Source of the DNA: Lingula anatina
Lineage: Eukaryota > Animalia > Brachiopoda
Reading direction: 5' to 3'
NCBI GenBank assembly: GCA_051362555.1
Contig: CM120641.1
Coordinates: 38,198,401 to 38,262,400 of the forward strand
DNA: 64,000 bases
Part shown: positions 38,101-50,042 of the stretch, one piece after another
Layout of the letters: each line of letters opens with the position of its first letter
Numbering within the stretch: position 1 is the stretch's first letter
The notes under the pieces: generated by a model
What the model was told of the DNA's origin: nothing
Seen by the model: only the letters and a program-made list of their open reading frames with translations
Databases searched by the model: none
Translations under genes and position numbers: made by a program

Positions 38101-40865
38101 TACTATGTGTGAACCACATGCAGCAAACAACTTAACAGAAACAAAGACTACACAACAAGACATTCTTTCTTGTAAAAATCCCAGAAGCAGAAAGTTGTAG
38201 CAAGCCCAAGTACCTGAAGGATGATACGGAGCACCAGTAGGAGCAGATGGCTGAGAATAGCCCGGAGCTGAACCAGAGGAATACCCTGTTGGTTGTGCTG
38301 GATAGCTGGCAGGTGGCTGAGCTGGATAATTACCTGCAGCTGGCTGGGCTGGATACCCAGTACTAGGCTGAGCCGGATACCCAGTACTAGGCTGGGCCGG
38401 ATACCCAGTGCTAGGCTGGGCTGGATATCCAGTGCTAGGCTGGGCTGGATACCCAGATGGTTGGGCTGGATATCCTGTGGGTGGTTGGGCTGGATAGCTG
38501 GAAGGTGGCTGACCAGGCCCAGAGGAATACCCAGATTGAGACTGTGCAGGATAGCCACCCGGTTGCTGTCCATTAGGTGGAGTTACACCTGAAGGTTTAT
38601 CTGAAGGAGAGCAAGAAAATAGTTTTAGAATTCCACTAGGATAACAAAGCTTTCTGTTTTACCTTGCATGCAAAAAGCACCGGTCAAAACAATAAATACT
38701 CTGACCATTTAGCTAAGAGTACCTATATTTTGAATTGTTTCTACTATCCTTCTTAGACGCATGCCATACTTTCGTCCAAATATGAATGAAATGCTGTGTC
38801 AACTTTTGAAAAAAAAAACATTGATATTTTTGTTTCTTGCTACTATATGGACTTTTCAGCATTTTATATGCCCTGTTTTAGTACTGTACACACGATCAGA
38901 TAAACCTTCAGAACTGCCCACTGCATACAAATTCTATGCACTTTTTCGATTCTTTAAAACAGATTATATCCTGTTAATGGGACTTCTTTCTTTTGACAAA
39001 ATTTATTTGACAGCAAAAAATGATTTAAAAAAAATGACAATTCTATGACCTATTTGAGCTGTTTTATTCAATTGACAATATACATTTACATAATTTTCTA
39101 ATTCACCAGAAGTTAACATATTCAAAAGGTGTGAAAAAAAATGGATATACCAACTTGAAGTTAAATTCTTGCAAATGCAACCAAGGACTAGAAAATGCTT
39201 TCATGATATCACCATATTTAATATAAAACAAACAATTTTAATGCAACATCACATTCTTTAATCAACTTTAAAAATGCACTCATATATAAACATGTTAATC
39301 AAAAAATTCAATTAACAAAAAACAAAAGAAGTCCATTATTTATAAATTTATGTACACCACCAGACCAAGTAAAACATCTACATGTACACTGCACCTTTCA
39401 CAGCACAGCAAATCTAGACTGTTTATAATTTGTAGACTACAGGAATTTCTACCTACATATAGATTCAAACATACCACAGTTTTTAGAGAGAAAAACTATT
39501 TCAAATCACTTTTCTAAAGGCGAATGTTATTATCACACTTGTTATAAAAATATTATAGGATGTCTTAATATGGATATATTGCACCATTTCCACCCCAAGA
39601 GTTCCATGTCACTAGTAGCCTGAAATACAAAAGACCAGTAACATGTCAGAAATAATCCCATATCACTAAATAACAAATGCCTTAACTTTTGATGTACCAT
39701 TTCATAAACCTATGCAATATTTATTTCCCCAGATACGTTCTTTTCATACACATATCAACTGATTATTTTAGATGAGTCTTGAAACAAACAAGCCTGAGAT
39801 AAAAAGAAATACTAGGTTACCAGATATACTCAGTACATCTTTCTGAACTACTCCAACATGTCATGTAAAACAGATGAGATACAGGTCATTTTTTGTGTAA
39901 ATTTATGTTTGATACATTTTCCATTCCACCTAGCTATGAAATGTAAACAAAAATGTTTCATTACATGCTTTATCTTATGCTTCTTTAATACCAATTTTAT
40001 GAAGCTGTAATAGGCAAAGACGTCAAAAACAATTTAAAATTATTCCTTTTAAGGAAAAGCTTACTGGTATATCCATTTTCATTTTCAAATCAAATCAGAC
40101 AAAAATATACATGCAGGGAAAATTGAGGTTTTTGTCAAAAAAAAAAAAAAAAAAAAACTTACGTGGATAAGGCTGTTGTCCAGGATACGGCTGTTGCCCT
40201 GGGTATGGCTGTTGCCCGGGATACGGCTGCTGCCCAGGATATGGTTGCTGTGGAGGTGCAGAGAAGGGTGGTGCTCCACCTGCTGGAGGTGGGTATGCAA
40301 CTGATAGGCAAAATAAAAGAATTTAAGCTACTCAATGAAAGTGCTATTTCTGGAATATTATAACTTGAAAATTTTTCTTAATGAAAAAAAAAAAGCTTCT
40401 ACATGTAATATTTTCATTATTTGAGCATTACATAACTATACTACTTCTTTAGCAATGTACAGTCTTTATAAATTTGCCAAACTGAGTGCTTGCAAGGCAA
40501 ACTGAAACAAAAAACATAAAAATTCTTATGCCATAATGATGAAAAACTCACAGCAACATTTGATAAATATCAGCATGTTCACGCCTTTTTTTATCATTTT
40601 CACTTCCACAATTATCAAATCTATATGCCCTATTATTGGTGCTCACCTGGGGGTGGCGGGTAAGCTCCTCCTGCCATGCCAGGCTGGGGTGGATAGGCCA
40701 TTCCTGGGGGTGGAGGGTTATACCCTGCTGCTGGGGGTGGGGCTTGGGAACCCATAGGATAGCCTCCTGGGGCAGGGTACCCACCAGGTGCAGGGTACCC
40801 ACCTGGTACTCCCTAAAAAATAATTTCAAAAAGAAGGGACATTTTCATTATTTTACAGAGTTCAG

Positions 40866-40926
<61 letters not shown>

Positions 40927-41822
40927 TAGTAGTTATGCCTGAATAGGATTTATTCATATGATGAATTTGTCCTTTGGTTTGAGAAAACAAGGCAGCAAAG
41001 CTGTCAAATGTACAGACAAAAAACAGAAAATAAAGATGCAAAAAAGGTCATTCAATTTTGATGCAATAATAAATAATGCTTATAATAGCACTGTCAGTCA
41101 ACACTGAATTTTAATCTTGCACAACGGGTAACATGGTCAATAACAGGAGCAGACCCAGAGGTATTTTCTGACAGTATTACAAAGTATCTATGTTGATCCA
41201 TCCTCCATTTTGATGGTCTTCCAACAGAAAAAAATAGATACCAGTCAATATAAACTTAATAACCTGACTGTCTTCCGGAAGACCCAGAAGATGGTCTCAA
41301 TCCACCCCTTCAATAAGATTACAGTTTCAGGACCATGAGAGTTCAAATTCACATTATGAAAGTCTCAATATTTGAAAAATGATGACAGTGCATAAAATAA
41401 TATTACATAATGTTTAAAGACATAAAAAACAATACAACTGCTTATGAAGAAATACAGAAAATCTGACGAGCCCCAGGCAGATGAGAGTTAAAAGTCACAA
41501 ATGCAAGTGTTTGAGAAAAAATTATAAAGGAAAACAACAAAACTAGAAAAGCACTTTGAGAGTGCAGACCTCTGCCAAAGCAGCAATTGTTGATTATTAT
41601 TGATAATTGATTGATTATTGATCCGGACCACCACCAAAAATTAATCATTGTCCTCTTTGGCCCACTTCCGACAGTTCCTGAAAATTTCTGCAAAATTGGT
41701 CCATAACTTTTTGTGTTATGTGGATGACAGACAAACAGGGGTGAAAATATAACCCCCTTGGCAGAGCTTGAGGTAAATATAATTCCAATGAAGATGCTAT
41801 TCAAACATTTAATCTTCCAGTT

Positions 41823-41884
<62 letters not shown>

Positions 41885-44800
41885 CTTATTTGCAATATTA
41901 AACAAAATTTACCTGCATAATTATCACTGCTTCCTTATTATTAATCTAGCAGAGAGCTTTACCTTTGGGAGTTTACAGGGAAATATCAACAAGTCTGCTT
42001 TGCCTAATCTCATTTAATGGCCTATTAAAGCAAATGACTTTATAACTCTGAAATTAATCTAGTGATACCCAAGGGTAATTTACAGACTGACCCACTCAAA
42101 GGTCTTCAGGCCCATAAGTCACACCTTAAGAAAAGCACAAAACCATAATGCCCAAAATAGGAGACTACCAATCCTGATGCAATAATACATCATGTTTAAC
42201 TGCACAGTCAACATCAACTTATGCACAACAGGTAACACAGACGAAAGTAAAAGCATAAGGCTCCAGTCCCATCAGAGTTCAAGTTTATACTTAGAAAGTG
42301 CCAGAATGAGAAAAATGAAAATTTCACAAAAAAATGCATAAATACAATAAACATGATAATCCAATAGAGCTGGTTTTCTCATGAGCTGAAGGCCAATCCT
42401 AAAAATCGTACTTGTAAGTTTAAAATTATAATAAGTAGCACAGTTTTCTTTTCATAATGTTTGCAGTAGCAGTGCAAAAAGATTGTTGTCAATTTTGATG
42501 TAACATTACATAATAAATTAGAGAATTATTATCACCAATTTTTGTTTATTGACTATAAATAGGATGGACATGTAGAAAATATGATTACCATTTGGCTTCA
42601 TGTCCATGGGAGCTCCGAGTCCCACAATGAATATGCCAAAAAGATAATGAATATTACACTAAAATGTATAACTTCCAGAAAAAAAAGCCAATTAGACTGC
42701 TTTTCTAACTCAGGCTGCATTTTAGTCCTGTGTTTCTTTTTTGAAAGTTTGACAGTCATAAGTAACACGGTTTTCCCATAATGGTCATCAAGGCAGCAGC
42801 ACCAAAAATTGTGTTTTCTTCTATTTTGATGCAACATTACATAATGCTTAACAGCATACTGACCATCGATTTTTAATAATAAAATATAAGTGTCATGGAT
42901 TTTCACAAAATGTGACTAGCATGGGTCTTCAAGCCCGTGGAGGTTCTAAGTCACACCTTGGAAATGCCAATATGTGAAAAATTAAATTTTCACAAAAAAC
43001 TGTTTAATTGCCAGAAAAATTTACCAAACAGACTGCATTGCCTACTGAAGCTGTATTTTAGTCCCATGTTTCTTTCCTGTAAGTTTGAGAACAGTAAGTG
43101 ACATGATTTTCCTTAAATGGTCATCATGGGAGCACTGCCCAAAATAGGGGTTTCTTCAAATTTTGATGCAATATTACATAATGTTTTACAGCATAATGAC
43201 CATCAATTTTTAATTATAAAATATTAGTATCATGGTTATTCAGAAAATGTAACTAGCAAAAGTCTTCAGGCCCATGGAACTTCAAAGTCACACCTTGAAA
43301 ATGCCAAAATGTAAACAAGACAGCACTGTTCTGAAATGGGTTTATTTCCATTTTTAACACTTTTTTAACATAAAACAAAATAAACAGTTTACTGCCATTT
43401 TTATATGACCAATGAAGAAAATTGATGAGATGGAAAAAGTATCAATAGAACAGTGTTAAATGTCCAACTACTCCATTCTGAGATTCTGAACATAGTGGAT
43501 GAATGCATCTGAAAAACTGCAATGATATGAGTTTATTTCCATTTTTGACACTTTATTACACAATACATGATAACAAGTTTACCATCATTTTTACAAAATC
43601 AACTAACAATGTTGTAAAGATGCAGGAAATGTCAAACAAACACTTTTACGTATCTTATTAGTTCAATAATGAGACTGTTAACATGCTTAAGAATTGAATC
43701 TGAGGAAATGTGAAAAAAACAGTATAACTTCTAAAATAATGGCCCGATTATGCTGATTTTCGAACTCAACCTGCGTTTTAGTAAGATTGACCACTCCTGT
43801 GAGTATAATTACAATTGGCCAATCCGTTTTTCTTATATTGTGTTATCAGTGTTGCATTTATATTGAAAATAGTGAAAAAACAGCATAAATTCCCTCAAAA
43901 TAGCCCAATCATGCTGATTTTCGATCTTGACCTGCGTATTATGGATATTCATCAGTTCTGTAAGTTTCAAGTCAAAAGGTAAAATGGTTTTCCACTTATC
44001 GTGTTATCGGTGCTGCATATATGCTGAAAAAAGTGAAAAAACAGCATAAATTACCTAAAAGTGACCCGATCATGCTGATTTTCGAACTTGACCTGCGTAT
44101 TATGAATATTCATCAGTTCTGCAAGTTTCAAGTCAAAAGGTAAAATGGTTTTCCACTTATCGTGTTATCGGTGCTGCATATATGCTGAAAAAAGTGAAAA
44201 AACAGCATAACTTCCCTAAAAATGGCCCGATCATGCTGATTTTCGAACTTGACCTGCGTATTAGGAATATTCACCAGTTCTGTAAGTTTCAAGCCAAAAG
44301 CAAAAACGGTGTTCCACTTATCGTGTTATCGGTAAAAGTGCACGACGGCGACGACGGCGACGACGGCGCCGACGGCGACGACGGCGACGACAGACGCAGA
44401 TGATGGCTATATGTACAGACACATCTGTGTCTGTACATAAAAAGGGGTTACAGATAGAACCACAAAATGATTCAAATAGACCCCACAAAGAGAAAGCATT
44501 ATAAAGGGGTAATTGGTGGTACAACGGGTACAACAAATCTGACATAAAACATATGTTCCTTGAAAGCTGAAAGTTTACCTGAGGATACCCATAGCCTTTC
44601 TTAGATATCTTCTGGTACTGTGGTGGAAGCGGACCAACAAATCCCACTGGTAGTTTGCCCTGAGCCATAATAAAATAATCATGATCAAACAGGGTAAAAG
44701 TGGTTGTAGCAGAGAAATTAAAAAGAGGTGTATTAACCACATTTGCTTACCATTATTATTATTATTATTATTATTTTTTTTTTTTTTGCTTTAAAAGTTT

Positions 44801-45041
44801 TTCAACATAATGGCCAAAAATGAAAACCTTCATAGCATCTGCAGCCGATCAGAACCTTGCACTGAGATCTTCAGCATAATATACAAGTACGAAAAAGATA
44901 TGCAAATACCTTCTTTATCAGTTTCTGTATTCTTTTCTGTTCCTTCTTTTGCCTTTTATAGGGGTCACGTTCATCATCGCTGGAGCTTGAAGAACTGCTA
45001 CTACTCCTTCTATAATGTCCATGTTTTCCATGCTTTCCCAT
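29103..45041 (-). CDS. ANXA7: Annexin A7/A11-like protein with a long Gly/Tyr/Pro/Gln-rich N-terminus, about 667 aa
   Basis: Coding exons: 45041-44910, 44659-44579, 40812-40647, 40300-40163, 38600-38214, 37217-37204, 36458-36281, 35926-35832, 35527-35414, 35142-35052, 34767-34688, 34387-34175, 33940-33865, 32236-32124 and 29228-29103. These total 2004 nt, all GT-AG and in frame. The four repeats read [25 protein letters not shown] and [23 protein letters not shown]. The core exons are very secure, the first two coding exons less so, and A7 versus A11 orthology is not resolved. Confidence 0.9.
29393..31704 (-). mobile_element. Helentron-associated non-autonomous element (HINE/DINE-1-like) in the last annexin intron
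   Basis: 15-bp perfect subterminal inverted repeats (tattgtaccaccagc 29428-29442; gctggtggtacaata 31690-31704). An IR partner at 31672-31683 forms a hairpin, with a CGGA-like microsatellite at 31625-31665. A stem-loop gaggcg-atac-cgcctc at 29408-29423 lies next to the terminal CTAGTT. The element has an internal tandem array. Confidence 0.85.
29597..30730. repeat. Satellite array, 146-bp unit, about 8 copies
   Basis: AGGTCA anchor at 29601, 29745, 29891, 30037, 30183, 30329, 30475 and 30621. Confidence 0.97.
32453..33712 (+). mobile_element. Internally deleted Kolobok transposon in an annexin intron
   Basis: 14-bp TIR GGTATTTCCATACT / AGTATGGAAATACC, TTAA TSD (32449-32452, 33713-33716), GG..CC termini. 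Confidence 0.9.
32598..33011 (+). pseudogene. Truncated transposase N-terminus (CxxC..CxxC zinc-binding region)
   Basis: [23 protein letters not shown]...[24 protein letters not shown] resembles the N-terminal motif of Kolobok/'Mutator-like' transposases. It lies inside the TIRs and stops before any DDE domain. Confidence 0.75.
36827..37003. repeat. Two-copy tandem duplication, about 89-bp unit, intronic
   Basis: aacattgttaaaatattcaatttatgataatatatat...catcccactcattc.tgaactttattca occurs twice. Confidence 0.9.
41541..41776 (-). mobile_element. Short HINE/Helentron-like element; related copy in the opposite orientation at about 50680-50808
   Basis: aactagaaaagcact...gagtgcagacctctgccaa...gacagacaaaca...ccttggcagag...gtaa shows a subTIR pair, a GACA microsatellite and a CTAGTT end. 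The 50780-50808 copy reads gtggcagagatctgagtacttttctagtttt. Confidence 0.75.
42100..43312. repeat. Degenerate tandem copies of the about 340-bp family also found at 26955-27800
   Basis: ggtcttca(g/a)gccc anchors at about 42101, 42924 and 43262, plus partial units. Confidence 0.8.
43313..44451 (-). mobile_element. Second satellite-bearing HINE-like element (about 161-bp unit x4, plus two units of about 190 bp)
   Basis: Begins aacaaga. Units start near 43710, 43872, 44033 and 44194. A (GACGGC/GAC)n microsatellite lies at 44343-44398, and the terminal hairpin atgtacagacac-atct-gtgtctgtacat is followed by aaaaa. Confidence 0.78.
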
Positions 45042-45739
45042 TGCTACAGATTACTTTGGTCAAGACAATGAGTATTCCTCAAACAACCTTAAAAAATAAG
45101 GTATCATTGTAGTTACCACTAATGCATTACCAGTGTATTACCAGCACATGTTCCATTTGGCATATTGTAACAATCCACTTACATTAATATACAGTTGTGA
45201 TAGTTATGTCTTAAGATAATGTATTCTGACTTATTAATAAGCAAAAACGCAAACTGAAATTCTGTTTTTTACACATTGCTAATTAAAGCTAATATGGTGG
45301 TGCAGGAAAGGGTGAATTAGAATTTAAGCAAAATTATTATGATTATGCCATCTACATGTACATGTAGTACAGTACCAGTAAGTTATATTCCTTTTTTATT
45401 TACTATTGTGTAATTGTAATAATAAATCGAATTTAAATTGAATATTATGCAGATTGTATCGGTTATATGGTTTTACAGGTGCCCCCTCACCCTACTTGAA
45501 CCCCATATAAGGGTTGCCTCCTGCTCCCTTCATTAGTACTGTTAATTACTCAATGTCATGCAATTATGCAGTGTCAGGTAACATTTACTATTACATAATA
45601 CTGCACCGGATACATGTATTCCTTGTCACATATATTTCATTACGTTCCTAACATAGACGGTAGGTATGGTTTTCAAATGTGATCAAACAAAGCTAAATAA
45701 GTGCTTCATTTGCACTAAATTCCACTTCATATAACTCAC

Positions 45740-46050
45740 CGTAAGCCTTCTGACCCACCTATGCAGCAAACCTGAACTCACTTCCGTGTTCAAGAGGATA
45801 TGGAAATTCTCGCTTCGTATAGGTGAGATTAATATTGTCCAATTGCTGTTTAGCCTCGTCTTTACCCCGTAGGACGTATACATTTGCCACATTTAGGTTG
45901 AGTGGTTTAGTTAGGTTGTTCTTATATATATATATGCACAGTTTGATATTCATTTGTTTGTTAACACAAAACTTTTTTTAAAGAGTATCGGTTCCCTTTC
46001 CCTGAGTCATGAGAGTTTGACCTGAACAAGAAAGAACTCACAAGAAAACT
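45740..46050. promoter_or_regulatory. Putative bidirectional promoter with non-coding first exons of the annexin (-) and FAM241 (+) genes
   Basis: Minus-strand donors G|GTGAGT at 45739 and 45781, and plus-strand donor A|GTAAGT at 46051. A (TA)n TATA-like run at 45924-45934 and an AP-1 site TGAGTCA at 46003-46009 lie between them. Confidence 0.55.
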
Positions 46051-46904
46051 AGTAAGTATTTTTCCTCTTTTAAAATGGGTTAAAATAGGAGGTTACTAGT
46101 ATTACTAGTACTAGTTGTGATTGCTTGTACAGTAAGTCTGTTAGATCAATTCAACTTGGTTTTGTCTTTATTATCTTGTTTAAATGGATTGGTTTGATGT
46201 TTTCTTTTTATCACAATTATATTGATAAATTTAGGAACTCACAAGAAAAGTAGTATTTTCCTGCAAATTGGTTAAATCAGTGTGATTAAATCATTTCACA
46301 GATTGCTTCAACTTGGTTGCATTAAAAAATTAAAGGTACATACGAACCGAGCATCGGTGGAGCATGGATTCCCAGTAACACATGTAAACCACTTCTACTA
46401 GATTCTTATATGACTCAAATAAATTTGACAAGCCAAGGTAAACTGTCTTGTAAACAGATTAGAACACTCGATCAGCCATAAGAGACCTTTAGACTGCTCC
46501 TTTCTTTAAATTTTTGGTTGTAAATTTAACCTACTTTCGTGACCTACTTTCCTGCCCCATTGACATACAGCTTAGAATGCCAGCAGAAAAATCCCTTCAA
46601 ACATCATTTTCGGGTAAAATTAAACGATGCCTTTTGGTAATTCTCTTAGTTATACTACTTGAAACTATATGCTGGCATTTGGTTGGTTTTTGTGACAACA
46701 AATTGACATTGTATGCATCTTTAATTTTTTTTTCACACTTCTGCTTGTCTCCTTTTAACATGTGCTTACATGTTGCAGGTGCATATAACAGCCCTATTTA
46801 CAGTAACATCTTTATTTGATAATTATTGCCGATGGTGTGCATTTTAAAATGATTCACCTGCAATACTTTAATTTGTCACATGTACAACTGTAGGTTATAC
46901 CATA

Positions 46905-47679
46905 ATGGTGAGAATACTTAGTAATGGAGACATAGTGCAAGATGATGACCCTAGAATAAAACAGAATTCTGGGCAAAGCAGCTCAACAGGTCAAAGAAGA
47001 GTAAGTTCTTGTTAATATTATTTGTAGACTTTTCTGTTTGTGATTGATTCGAAAATATCATTGTAAATATTAAAAGGTTAATCTCTGTTCATAAAGTATC
47101 TGTATATCTAGAAGGCTTGGGCATCTATAAAAGTTTTCCTCCAATAAATTGATTGTGGATGAACTTTCCACTAAATTGACAATACTTTTGCACAAAATGC
47201 TGTATGAAATTATCAGACAGTCCAAAAAAATACACACTAGATTTCATGATACAAATTAACTCTGCATCTAAAGCAGTCTAAAAGAATTATTAAATATACA
47301 CAAGAAATCAATGGCAGCATAATTTCATCTGTATAAATCTAAATTCATCTGTGTCCAGGGTTTTGTACAGCACAATGACAACCCTTACCAACAGGGAGCA
47401 GGAGGGGTACAGACTGTGTCCATATTTGAAGTGATGAACCAGAAGCTTTTAGATGCTGGACTCCCTCGCTTTAACCTAGGACCTTACACAGTGGAACCTA
47501 TAGCCACGGTGGGGATGATACTGGCTGGACTCATGTTTGGACTGCCAGGCTTGGTATTTGGGGCACTGTTATTTATAGTTGTGAAAGTTAGCAATGGACA
47601 GGGCAATCAGGGCGGACAAGAAGGTGCTGGTAGAGCTATGAGGAGGGGATTCCAAGGGGGACACACACTGGGGAGATAA
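46905..47679 (+). CDS. FAM241B: FAM241 (DUF4605/C10orf35-like) small membrane protein, 138 aa
   Basis: Exons 46905-47000 and 47359-47679. The N-terminus MVRILSNGDIVQDDDPR is the FAM241B signature, followed by SIF..MNQKL..G.PRF.LG...VEP and the hydrophobic hairpin. Confidence 0.92.
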
Positions 47680-47714
47680 AAAAGAAATATTCTGTGGATT
47701 CAGATATGACCTTG

Positions 47715-47880
47715 CAGGCCCGTAGCCAGCAAATTCAAAAGGGGGTTCTTTTTCTGAAAAAGTGGACCTTTTACAATGAAACTTATGTGTACCTAGATAA
47801 AGTTTTACCCAAAATGGACCTTATCCTGACAAAAGGAGCGGTTCTTTCTAACCCCCCGACCCCCCCTGGCTACAGGTCTG
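47715..47880. mobile_element. 166-bp MITE in the FAM241 3' UTR, 5-bp TSD
   Basis: TIRs CAGGCCCGTAGCCAG / CTGGCTACAGGTCTG, with CCTTG on both sides (47710-47714, 47881-47885). Confidence 0.85.
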
Positions 47881-49173
47881 CCTTGATAAACAAATTCACT
47901 ACATACAACAAATGTGAACATATTTTAATTGTGTAAAATCTGGTGAAAGGTATAGAGTGGCAACAATTGAAGAAGGTGTAATTATTTCAATCAAAAAGAA
48001 AGGCATATGAAGTTCTAATAGGCTGGAGAGACGGTTGCTTTTTGCTCCTATTGCATAAATTGTATATGAAAGAATAGATACAGTGGAACACATTCAAGAT
48101 GGTGGAACTCACAAATTGAGAATATTTTTCATAGCCAGTGCCAAGAACACATTTGCATATTTTAGGTAGGCAAGTCCTGACTTTTTTTGTTTTGCATGGG
48201 GGAACCACATATGATTCATCTTGGTTTTCCTCATCCCAAATAGGCTCTTAAGATGTGGCAAAGGTACTGAATGGTCGTACTGATGTGCTTAATGTGCTTG
48301 TTAGACATGTTGGAAGGCTCCCCATCACTGCACAATATTTCTCTTTTTACTTATTGGTCATAGGCTGATATTCCTACTTCACACACACGATAGTGTTTCT
48401 GATATTCCCAGTCAAGATGAACATACAGTATGTTTAGTATTGCATCATTAAAATTATTCCTTTCACTATATATACTATGTGGCAATTATCACGTCTAGGC
48501 TTGTAATTCCCCTGAGCCCTCATTTGTCAAGAGTATTTACCATGAATTTATGCTGTGCAGCTTTTATGCAGGCTTCTGTGCTACATTAACCTATTTTGGT
48601 AAGATATTTTGATGTCATTACTCTTACTCCTAGCATAACGAATGAGCTGTTAGTAACTTTTGGCAGCATAGCACTATTTTTACCCAAGCCTTGCAGCCAA
48701 AAAATACTAGATGTAATTGCTGCTTTCACAATGCATCTTTTAACTTCAAATTCAAAATGATACAAATATCACAATATCTTGCTTTTTTTCTACAATATAC
48801 CTTTCTACTGTTGCCTGTTCATCTTGACCTGAGTGAAGAAAGCACTTAATAGTTATAGTCTTGAAATTTTTAACAGTATAAACAGGTGAGACAAGAAAAG
48901 TGCAACAGTCTCAGTAATTAACTGGTCATTTAATTTCATTTTAATAACATAATTGAAATAAACAATGATTCCAAAAATGGTGAATTGGTGACCTTCAGAT
49001 GTTAGAAAGCACACTAAGACCGGAGCATATATTAGCTCAGTGCTTGGGCCATATTTTGCGAGTCCATTTGGGATCAGGAAAGGCAAGATGTGTAGTTACT
49101 CCATGCACAAGTCATTCTGAGTGCAAATGTAGTTTTTACATACCAAAAAAAAAAAAAACGCCAGGTTCTCATC

Positions 49174-49536
49174 GTTTCAATGGTCAGGATGTGGGATGTT
49201 CATCGTCTTGAATTTTTCGGTTTTTTAAGCACTACTGCCCCAAGGCACATTGCATCTTTTTAAAGTAATACCATTTTCAAAACTGCTCAACACAAAGTGG
49301 TCTTGGCATCGACTACGGAATGTACTTTTTTAAGCATAACTCACAAATACATTGTATTCAAGCTGTTAATCCATGTATTTTGCACATCTCATGGCAAGGC
49401 ATTCTGACCTGCAGTCATATTCATAATACGTGGCCATGGGTACGTATAAGTAAAGATGGACTCGCCACTATAACAATTCCTGCAGTACAGGGTATACTGC
49501 ACTCTTTGAATTTTGATGTTTAACTATGAATAGGAA

Positions 49537-49593
<57 letters not shown>

Positions 49594-50042
49594 CATGATT
49601 TGTCTCCCTTGTTGGTCTGTTCCTCTCTCGTCGCCAGATATGTTATTTGGACACCGTGTTGGATTTAAAATTGTGCGATTTGTGAATTCAACCCCCTGAA
49701 AGTGGGTTCTGGATGTCACATGTAATTACAACAGTCAGCTTGTTTAAGGGTGAAGGGGTGATGTGAAGTTTTTTTTTGTAAGCGATTTTTAAATATGCAT
49801 TTGTACAGTATAAAGGATTATAGGTGGTTTTAAATTAAATGGTTGGAATTGTTACTGGGAGATAAAAATCATTCTGATATTCAAATAAAATCATTTAAAC
49901 AGTTGTGTATTGTCAATTGACATTTGTTTCAATGGTCAGGATGTGGGATGTTCATCGTCTTGAATTTTTCGGTTTTTTAAGCACTACTGCCCCAAGGCAC
50001 ATTGCATCTTTTTAAAGTAATACCATTTTCAAAACTGCTCAA
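49174..50042. repeat. Identical 117-bp direct repeat pair (49174-49290, 49926-50042)
   Basis: gtttcaatggtcaggatgtggg...ttttcaaaactgctcaa is identical in both copies by eye. Confidence 0.92.

Noticed and set aside
38148-38592. ORF-track proteins of 141 aa (-) and 99 aa (+)
   Set aside because: They are off-frame or antisense shadows of the GYPAQPST annexin exon. The same applies to the ORFs overlapping the GPCR and olfactomedin exons.
44951-44963. Minus-strand TATAAAAG as an annexin promoter
   Set aside because: It falls inside the open coding exon 45041-44910 (codons PYKR).
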